In this document: positions 54,625 to 64,000 of the stretch, piece after piece
Layout: each line of letters opens with the position of its first letter
Position numbering within the stretch: the first letter of the stretch is position 1
From: Squalus acanthias
Taxonomy: Eukaryota
DNA length: 64,000 nucleotides
Direction of reading: 5' to 3'
NCBI GenBank assembly: GCA_030390025.1
Contig: CM059432.1
Location: forward strand, 61,940,001 to 62,004,000
The notes under the pieces: generated by a model
What the model was told of the DNA's origin: nothing
Database searches by the model: none
Seen by the model: only the letters and a program-made list of their open reading frames with translations
Translations under genes and position numbers: made by a program

Positions 54625-55766
54625 CAATAAGAGGTTAGTATGCAAAATTAAAGCACATGGGATTGGGGGTAATATACTGGCATGGATTGAAAATTGGTAA
54701 ACAGACAGGAAACAGAGAGTAGGAATAAATGGGTCTTTTTCGGGGTGGCAGGCGGTGACTAGTGGGGTACCGCAGGGATCAGTGCTTGGGCCCCAGCTAT
54801 TCACAATATATATCAATGATTTGGATGAGGGAACCAAATGTAATATTTCCAAGTTTGCTGACGACACAAAACTAGGTGGGATTGAGAGTTGTGTGGAGGA
54901 TGCACAGAGGCTTCAAGGCAATTTAGACAAGTTGAGGTGAGTGAGCAAATACATGGCAGATGCAGTATAACGTGGATAAATGTGAAGTTATCCACTTCGG
55001 TAGGAAAAACAGAAAGGCAGAGTATTATTTAAATGGTGATAGATTGGGAAATGTTGATGTACAAAGGGACCTGGGTGTCCTTGTACACCAGTCACTGAAA
55101 GCAAACATGCAGGTGCAGCAAGCAGTTAAGAAGGCAAATGGTATGTTGGCCTTCATTGCAGGAGGATTTGAGTACAGGAGCAAGGATGTCTTACTAAAGT
55201 TTTCAGGGCCTTGGTGAGACCACACCTGGAGTACTGTGTGCAGTTTTGGTGGTCTTACCTAAGAAAGGATATACTTGCCACAGAGGGAGTGCAGCAAAGG
55301 TTCACCAGACTGATTCCTGGGATGGCAGGACTGTCGTATAAGGAGAGATTGGGTCGACTAGGCCTGTATTCACTCGAGTTAGAAGAATGAGAGGGGATCT
55401 CATTGAAACGTATAAAATTCTGACAGGGCCAGACAGACTGGATGCAGGGAGGATGTTTCCCCTGGCTGGGGGGTCTAGAACGAGGGGTCACAGTCTCAGG
55501 ATATGGGGTAGGACATTTAGCACTGAGATGAGGAGAAATTTCTTCACTGAGGGTGGTGAACCTGTGGAATTCTCTACCACATAAGGCTGTGGAGGCCAAG
55601 TTACTGAATATATTTAAGAAGGAGATAGATTTCTAGATACAAAAGGCATCAAGGGGTATGGGGAGGGAGCGGGAATATAGTATTGAGATAGAGGATCAGC
55701 CATGATATTGAATGGCGGAGCAGGCTCGAATGGCCTACTCCTGCTCCTATTTTTCTATGTTTCTAT
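54625..55766 (+). mobile_element. CR1 LINE 3' part (same subfamily as 42615-45330)
   Basis: [29 protein letters not shown]; 3' UTR visibly near-identical to the reverse complement of 42615-42800. Confidence 0.9.
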
Positions 55767-58627
55767 CTGCTAAAAATGAGAGCAACAGTTCTTTACAACT
55801 GCCTGGATCATATACTTCAAGCCTGTCCCTTACAATGCCATCCCATTGTTGATGAAGATATCAGATAGGATGGTTGCCGGTCTTCCCTCAATTTTTTGAG
55901 TGAGCAAGAGAGATTCAGCTAGTCTCCCATCTTCCCATACATGAATCTTGAAGCTGGTGTATACATCCTTGATTTAAAAAAATCCCAAGCGCTTTGGTTA
56001 CATAGTTCCATAAGTTCCTGATTCATGATTTCAGTAGAACGCACAAAATCAAAAACCTTACAAGTCAATGAAAACAATCCAAGTAGATTACCCTTGAGCC
56101 TTGGTGTTCTGCTATACTGTATAAAACTGTAACATGCCTTACACATTCCTTGTGAGAGCAAAATGCTGCCTGTGATTATACTGCAGACCTCCAACGTGCA
56201 CGCCATGACAACCCGAAGATGCTAGGTAGCTTTCAGGCTGTCTGGGATTCTCCTTTTTTGTGGATAGAAACCATAATTGCTCTCAGAATACCATTCTTCT
56301 AACAGAATCCTATTCACTAGCTTCAGATAAGGCAGCTCCAAAGCAAGCTTGTGATTCCTGCACTGTTTCCCAAGACCATTGTCATTCTCTGTTTTCCTCC
56401 TCCCAACCTAGAGCAGCAGTAAAGTGCTGATGTTTGGCATTTATGTATCAGCAACCTGTACATTTTCACATCACTCTACCCAGTATATTTCATTATTATG
56501 ATGCATTTTACATGTTCTTTTCAGTACAATTTGCATAATCAGTCTATGTGGTACATCACTGCCTAAAGTATTTTCACTTCACTGGGTGCCATAACGTTTG
56601 AGGGAGCCATGTGATTTCTTGTTTGGTGCTGGGTGCTGATCATGACCCATCATAGGACCCACATAATTGTGCATGTGCACAGGCTCCACTGCGGCATATT
56701 TTGGGTAACTTCAGAAGAGGAACAAGAGGCAGCACGGTGAAGTGCTTATTTTTAATCAACAAATACTAACATAATTCCATAAGTGCTGACTGTCAGTGTG
56801 AAATTCTGATGGCTGACATGTTTGCAATCCAGGGATTAAACCTGGAAAATTCTTGGCTTGTTTGGCTCAATTGCATAGCAGTCACTGCATTTACACACTG
56901 AAATCCCAACATTTCTTAAAGCATATTTTAATATATTCATTGTTCATGTTTATTAAACTACTTAATTACAGGGAGAAAATCAAAAAGTTAAAGAATCGTA
57001 TTCAGAATAAGGCCACCAAATTTTGTTCTACTATGTTTGAGCTAACTTCAGAATATCTTCAGATTGCAGCCAGACTTGATGTGGCTCCTCACTATTGACC
57101 AAAAGCACTCACTTCCTTTTAACTTTATTCCAGCAGTAGTGTTCAAAATAACAATGAAATTATTTTCTTACCACTCTGCTGATTACACACCAGCACAGTA
57201 CCACAAGCGAATTGTGGAGAATTCTAACGTGGTTTTGACAGAGGGGACGGAGGCAGCAGCATGCGCTGATTTTTGTCAGCAAACGTGGACAGAACTCCGT
57301 AAACTGCACTGGTTGGCATATATGATTCAGTTGATAAGTTTAGTGTTATGGGGTATATTACTATTATCTGGTTTTCTCCAAAATATACAGTACTACTTCA
57401 TATTTAGTTCTCAGTAAAATGATATTCCTTATCTGTCGCATCATTTACATGTATTGAGAACACAACAGACACCTTGACATGCCACTAGATACATCATGCC
57501 AATCCAAGAAATATCCATTTGCTCCTATTCACTACTTCCTATCCTTCAGTCATATGAAATAACAGAACATTTATACAAATGCACAACATTTATAGAATGT
57601 TGGCATCTTAATAAAAGAAGGATGAACTTTTTGGGGGGAGGTTTTCCCTTAGTTAGTAGTGGCTTACAGCAATAATCTGATTAGGCTATTTTTTCAAATT
57701 CTTATAAAATTCTTGCTGTTGTCAATTCATGTTTATAAATCCCCAACATTTTTTGTTCTTCAAGCATGATCCTTACTAAAATAGATGAAAAGGATATTCA
57801 AAGTTGATTTTCTGATTCAAAAGTTATGATACCAGCCTACTCATGTGGAAAAAAAATTAATTCACTTCAATATGCAGCATGTAGAGATTAGCTTATCTGG
57901 TCTTTCGAATAATCAGAATCAACTGCAACCAATATGGTGGGTATATTGTGTTTAATCAGAGTTTAAGGCGGAATATAACACTAGTTATACAGCAAAAACA
58001 TATGACCGTGACGAGCAGCAAGTACCAGCCCTGATCGGACAGACGGCTGGTGAGCGCGACCAGCTCTCCTCCTCATCTCGCGTGTGTCTCTTCTTGAACT
58101 GCCCAAGAATGTTAGACCAAGGTCAGCATGGATGCACTCTCGGGAGCTTTTCACTCCACCGTCTGCGCTGGGGGCTTTTCAGGTCTTTTATACTTTTTTT
58201 TTAGGGGTGGACCTGGGGTAGAATATGCTGAAGACTGTTTTCCCCTTATCTCATCTGGTCCTGTCCTCCCAAGTTTGGAGTCAGACATACCATTCTCGGC
58301 CTTCAGATGTTCGTAGCTGCTTGTTATCAGTTACTTATATTCAAAGCTGTTCATGTAGTTTAGCTGTGCAAACTAACTATTTCATTCCATTATCAGACTA
58401 TTGTACCATGGAATGAATCATTAAATTCCCAAAGATACCCTCTATTCTATTCTCACACACTGGTTAACTTACACATTTTAGCAAGCAGTTTTGTTAAACA
58501 AAGTCAAAATCCTAACTTAGCATTATAATATGGTTGTTAACGGTAATGGAAGAAACATAGGCGTTGGGCCTTGGGGTTGGCCAAATTAAAGACAGCAGCC
58601 TTCCTAGCACACAAACAGCAGACAGCT

Positions 58628-59486
58628 CCCTCCGCGACACCCTAGTCCACTCCTCTACCACCCCCAGCACCCCTTCCCCTTCGCCCGGCACCTTCCCGTG
58701 CACGCGCAGGAGATGCTACACATGCCCTTACACCTCCCCTCTTCCCACTGTCCAGGGCCCCAAACACCCCTTCCAGGTGAAACAGCGATTTACTTGTACT
58801 TCCTGCAATTTAGTATACTGTATTCGCTGCTCACGATGTGGTCTCCTCTACATTGGGGAGACCAAACGCAGATTGGGTGACCGCTTTGCGGAACACCTCC
58901 GTTCAGTCCGTAAGGGGGACCCCGAGCTCCCGGTGGCCTGTCACTTTAATTCACCGCTTCACTCCCACTCTGACCTCACCGTCCTCGGCCTATTACACTG
59001 TTCCACGGAAGCGCAGCGTAAGCTCGAGGAACAGCACCTCATCTTTCGTTTAGGCACGCTACAGCCCTCTGGACTCAATATCGAGTTCAACAATTTTAGA
59101 TCATAACCTCAGCTCCAATCACATTTATATTTTATTTTTTCCACCCTTTTATTTGCCCCCCCCCCCACCTTTTTTTTCCTCCTAGAAGCTGGCAGCTGTC
59201 CTTCATTCTGCCAGTGGATTTCACACTTCTTTCAGCCTTAATCTGTCACATTTACACCACCTCTAGCCTTGCATATCTCTTAATGTCTCTTAATGTCTCT
59301 TCATCTCCCTCTTTGTTCTTTTATCCCCTCCCCCTTTTCCCAGCTTTACTCTGGCCTTAAATCTATTTGATTTCCGGCTCTTCACAGTTCTGATGAAAGG
59401 TCATCGACCTGAAACGTTAACTCTCTTTCTCTCTCCACGGATGCTGCCTGGCCTGCTGAGTTTTTCCAGCGTTTTCTGTTGTTATT
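58628..59486 (+). mobile_element. Penelope-like element, 5'-truncated: GIY-YIG endonuclease C-terminus + pLTR
   Basis: CTRRRCYTC...NLVYCIRCSRCGLLYIGETKRRLGDRFAEH...HFN...RKLEEQHLIFRLGTLQPSGLN; 13-bp TSD acagcagacagct (58615-58627, 59487-59499). Confidence 0.92.
59386..59422 (+). ncRNA. Minimal type I hammerhead ribozyme motif (PLE pLTR)
   Basis: AGUU-CUGAUGA-A-AGGU(CAUCG)ACCU-GAA-ACGU-U-AACU: stem I AGUU/AACU, stem II AGGU/ACCU, palindromic ACGU stem III. Confidence 0.78.
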
Positions 59487-60106
59487 ACAGCAGACAGCTA
59501 GCCTGGGAAGCAAGGTCATATATGACTGCCACTGTGTAGAATGTTATAATATCCACAGGGAACCAAAAATTTTAAGCATCTGTCCAGTTACTCTAATACT
59601 AGTCTGAAGACACTTTATCTCAAGCTCTAACACAATCATCTAAACACACAGTATTATTCGCGTCACAATTTCATTCGTGTAACCATATACATTTTAGGTA
59701 CCCCTAATTTCTAACAGACTCCCCACCTTGCGAGAGAGAAAACTCTATTCGACCTCTCATTTTCGACCCTCTACCAACCGTGCCAACTCTGGATTATTGG
59801 TTCGATGGTTCAATCGGTGTGTCTATTTCAGGTTAGTTAGTAAGTGAATGTGAAGTGGAGACTTTCCTAGTATTCTCACAGTCCATACACTTGAGGGGGA
59901 GGAGCAGTTCTCTGACCCCTCACTCAAATTCAATTCACTGTTCCGGTGTTCCAATTCTGCCCCGTCTGGGGTATCCTCTGTTTCTTCTATCTTACCTGAT
60001 CTTACCCCGCCTGGGGTCTCCTCTCTTTCATCTCAGATCTTCCCTTTCGGTGTGCTCAATTAATTTGTTAGTGCTGGTTAGTTATAGGCATAAGTACACA
60101 ATTGGC

Positions 60107-60892
60107 TTATGCGCCAGTGGAGAAGGGTTCTCTTTTTTTTGTTTTATTTAGGGCCCTTCCAGAGTCTAGCCTCCTCCAATAGTCCAGCTTAAGCCTCCTT
60201 AACATAGTTTTTACTAAGTGGGTTACATACATCAAATACACTACCATTACAAGCTGGAGTACTACAAGAGCGTGTGCAATAATACGAACCCAAGGGTGTG
60301 CTGATATATTAAGCCCGATATCCCACCAGTGTCAATTTCAATACCTATTCTCGAGTTGTCTTGCTCCAACATGTAAAAATGCTTTAGGGAGGCGTTCAGT
60401 CGCATCACGAGCTCATGGAAGTCCTCAGACAGCAGGGCAATGTTGTACCCGAATTGTGCCGCTCATACGTAAGTGTCTTATTTACTGTCAGTTTCACTTG
60501 AGCATAGGTTTTTGATATTGAGTAAAACGTGTCGGTTGATGGTTGTGGGTAGATGTGGTATGAAGCAGAAACTGGGGCTATTAATGGGACAGGTCCTGTT
60601 AAACCCGTAAAGCATATTAGTTGCGGTAGTAGTGACACTGTAGGTTCCTTTTCCCTGATCGTTTTACACCCACACCTTCCTCAATCAAGTACGTTGTCAC
60701 CACAGTCCGAGTAACATTGCACATCCTAAGGAAGAATCCCTCGCGGGTGATCGGATTAGAGATCGAGTAGGAGCTTGTCTCCTCTTTCCTACTCACTCTG
60801 TCTCCCACCACTCTTGGTTCCCAATCCCACTGTGTCACCTTACTCGTGTTAGTCAGTGCTTCACACAGGAGACACCACCAAAACCACCTCAT
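60107..60892 (-). pseudogene. Envelope-like type I membrane glycoprotein gene, frameshifted
   Basis: Joined over frameshifts: signal-like MRWFWWCLLCEALT; GKGTYSVTTT...NRTCPINSPSFCFIP; heptad-like FHELVMRLNASLKHFYMLEQDNSRIGIEI; WWDIGLNISAHPWVRIIAHALVVLQLVMVVYLMYV (TM); basic tail. Several N-x-S/T sequons. Lies just upstream of the PPT/LTR. Confidence 0.7.
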
Positions 60893-60914
60893 ACTGGATT
60901 CGTGCTGGTTTTTT

Positions 60915-62530
60915 CATAACATAAGAGAAGGAGTAGGCCATACGGTCCCTCGAGCCTGCTCCGCCATTCAATAAGATCATGGCTGATCATCGACCTCAAC
61001 TCCACTTTCCCGCCCAATCTTCATATCCCTTGATTCCCCTAGAGTCCAAAAATCTATCTATCTCAGCCTTGAATATACTCAAAGACTCAGCATGTACAGC
61101 TCTCTGGGGCAGAGAATTCCAAAGATTCACAACCCTCTGAGTGAAGAAATTCCTCCTCATCTCAGTCTTAAATGGCCTACCCTTTATCCTGAGACGATGC
61201 CCCCTAGTTCTAGACACTCCAGCCAGGGGAAACAACCTCTCCGCATCTACCCTGTCAATCCTCTTCAGAATCTTGTATGTTTCAATGAGATCACCTCTCA
61301 TTCTTCTAAATTCCAGAGAGTATAGGCCCATTCTACACAATCTCTCATCATAGGACAGCCCTCTCATCCCAGGAATCAATCTAGTGAACCTTCATTGCAC
61401 CGCCTCCAAGGCAAATATATCCTTCCTTAGATAAGGAGACCAAAACTGTGCACAGTACTCCAGGAGTGGTCTCACCAAGGCCCTGTACAATTATAGCAAG
61501 ACTTCCTTATTCTTATACTCCAACCCCCTTGCAATAAAGGCCAACATGCCATTTGCCTTCCTTTTTGCTTGCTGTACCTGCATGCTAGCTTTCTGTGTTT
61601 CTTGCACGAGGACACCCAAATCTCTCTGAACACCAACATTTGAAAGTTTCTCACCGTTTAAAAAATATTCTCTTTTTCTATTCCTACCAAAGTGAATAAC
61701 CTCACATTTCCCTACATTATACTCCATCTGCCACCTTACTGCCCACTTACTTAATCTATCTATATCCCTATGCAGACCCTTTGTGTTCTTCTCACAGCTT
61801 ACTGCCCCACCTAGCTTTGTATCATCAGCAAACTTGGATACATTACACTCGGTCCCTTCATCTAGGTCATTAATATAGATTGTAAATAGCTGAGGCCCCA
61901 ACACTGATCCTTGCGGCACCCCACTAGTTACAGCCTGCCAACCTGAAAATGGAATGTATTTTTGTTGAGAATTATGAAATATTTCTTTAAATGTTAGCCA
62001 CTGCTTATCTACCTCCATACCTTTTAATCTATTTTTCCAATCTACCTTAGCCAACTCGCCCCTCATACCTATGTAATTGGCTTTATTTAAGTTTAAGACT
62101 CTAGTTTCGGACTTGGGCAAGTCACTCTCAACATTAACTTGAAATTCTATCATATTATGATCACTCTGCCGCAGAGGATCCTTTACTATGATATTGCTAA
62201 TTAACCCTGTCTCATTACACAATACAAGATCTAAAATAGCCTGTTCCCTGGTTGGTTCCATGACATATTGTCCTAGGAAACTGTCCCGAATGCATTCCAT
62301 GAACTCGTCCTCCAGACTATCTTTGCCAATTTGATTTGTCCAGTCTATATGAAGATTAAAGTCCCCCAAGATTATTGCATTACCTTTGTTGCAAGCTCCT
62401 ACTATTTCTTGATTAATATTCTGTCCAACGGTATAGCTACTGTTAGGGGGCCTATATACTACTGCTGCCAGTGTTTTCTGCCCCTTGTTATTCCTTATCT
62501 CCAGCCATACTGATTCTACTTCCATGATCT
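60915..62530 (-). mobile_element. CR1 LINE fragment with an internal deletion (EN fused to RT C-terminal half), inserted in the ERV-like element
   Basis: 356-aa ORF with YRPPN/GDFN/SDHN running straight into [16 protein letters not shown]1 tail at 60915. Confidence 0.88.
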
Positions 62531-62599
62531 GATGCCTACAAAACACAATTATTACAGTCACAGTTATAAATCAGTCTTGCAATCATTAGCACGTCGATT

Positions 62600-64000
62600 A
62601 AGTACATACATTTCAAGCAACAATGATGCAGACCAAGAAAACAGACATTGTAAAGAAAGCTACAGTTTAACATCTAATCAACAAATCATGGACTTAAAAG
62701 ATTCTCCAGATCTCTCTTACTCGTATCCATCTTGTGGATGATTCTTGCTAAATTTATTTCTCCTTAGCCTTCAATTGTCCCAATCCAAATCCTATGTCAC
62801 TTTTTACTTAAATTTTAATCCCTCTGACAGGTACCAGTGTGTTTAACTCTATCGTGATTGTTTCATTAATTAGATAATTTCTCGATGGAGTATGTGTCAG
62901 TGCTTAAAGTTGTCTCATTCTCCTGAGCCACATTAACCATTTCATGTCTTGCTGTTGTCAAGTAACTGAGCATGTCTGAGACCCGTTCTTCAGTGCAAAT
63001 TCACCATGTATTTCCGCATGCTAATTGCTTCATACGTAACAAATCACTTCTGCACTCACCCACTGGTATCCCAATATCATGCCACACGTACCATCCGATA
63101 CAAGCCATTCTTGGGCTTTCAGGTGATCTCATCAAAAGATCGTAGTCACCTGGAGATCTTTGCTCATCTCCCTCTGCATGGTCCCGATGTCTCGGGTAGT
63201 GACCAGGGTATCAAATGCAGTTTTCGTAAAGTTCATAGGCAAGGACACAAAACTATCAATTTACTATTCTTAACTGCACTTTCATGACTTTCACTAGAAT
63301 GTACATTAATACCAGATTGCACCCAGGTGATTTATGCCAAGTCGCTTAAGAAAATGATTCCCATTTAGTGGTGTAATGAAACATTTCCTGTTTCTATCTG
63401 CATTGTAAGTGGGGCATCCCATTAATTACTATTCATATCTCATTCATGAACCCTGGAGGAACTTTACTGTCCAATACAATAATAAAGATAGAAAACATAG
63501 ATTAAACATTCCCACTTGGTCCAAGTTATTAACTTTTTTTAATTCTTTATAACCCGCTATATTGTGCCTGAGTCCATGTTATCATTTCAAACTTATCCCA
63601 AATCCAAACAGCAGTATTATTGGACTGACAGGTTTTGTCAATGTTCAATTTTATTTCCCCACAAACTTTCTTCTTTAATACACAGCAATTGGTAGGACCA
63701 CCTCGACTGCTTTACACCAGTTTCTTTAATGAAAATTTTTATATTCCCTTAAACTTCAGTTAGATTTTCCTTTCTCGAGTGCTTGAAACAATTTATCTCA
63801 TCAATTTCATAAACAGGCTTGCTGGTTTACATGGTGTTTTAACATTAGAGACAGAAGTACTCGCAATTAGTTTACAAGATAACTTCCATATAACAAAAGA
63901 AAGTTGAGAATCCATTGTGGCCCTGCTTAAGAGCCCAAGGGATTAATTTGTCAAATCATAATTTTCTATCTGTCACCATGGGAAAATATTCACTTAAAAT
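62600..64000 (-). pseudogene. Possible second, more decayed membrane-glycoprotein gene of the ERV-like element
   Basis: Coding-like fragments with sequons (NNT, NFT, NET), ending EINLARIIHKMDTSKRDLENLLSP*FVD*ML and hydrophobic TVAFFTMSVFLVCIIVA (62666-62616). Many stops and frameshifts. Confidence 0.35.

Larger units (their letters stand above)
57880..59716 (-). mobile_element. Putative 3' LTR of an endogenous retrovirus-like element (interrupted by a PLE)
   Basis: On the minus strand a purine tract AAGGTGGGGAGTC abuts TGTTAGAAATTAG (59716); TATAAAA box at ~58186-58192; ATTAAA at ~57951-57956; imperfect inverted end ...CTAATCTCTACA at 57880. The lower boundary is uncertain. Confidence 0.55.

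Noticed and set aside
58110..58116. Alternative LTR end (tgttaga, a perfect 7-bp inverse of 59710-59716)
   Set aside because: It would leave only ~75 nt after the TATA box with no poly(A) signal; 57880 is preferred but not certain.

Overview
Eukaryotic, repeat-dense vertebrate DNA. The repeat repertoire (CR1 LINEs with (TTCTATG)n tails, DeuSINE/SacSINE1-type SINEs, Penelope pLTRs) points to a cartilaginous fish; this is an inference. The window lies inside the + strand gene MAPRE2 (EB2): two coding exons (34785-34912, 47790-47935) are separated by long introns filled with transposons. These include a near-intact full-length CR1, many CR1/L2 fragments, an RTE LINE, a tRNA-headed LINE, a two-gene Harbinger plus derivatives, an hAT with an 8-bp TSD, and several Penelope-like (PLE) pieces carrying minimal hammerhead ribozyme motifs. 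The most unusual region is the right end (~57.9-64 kb, minus strand). It holds a decayed endogenous retrovirus-like element with a PPT and 3' LTR, a frameshifted envelope-like gene, and possibly a second upstream membrane-glycoprotein gene, with a splice acceptor between the two. Other notable signals are a U_UUA_AAC slippery site at the CR1 ORF1/ORF2 junction and a PLE insertion that captured 43 nt of nearby DNA. All calls were made by eye; no searches were run.
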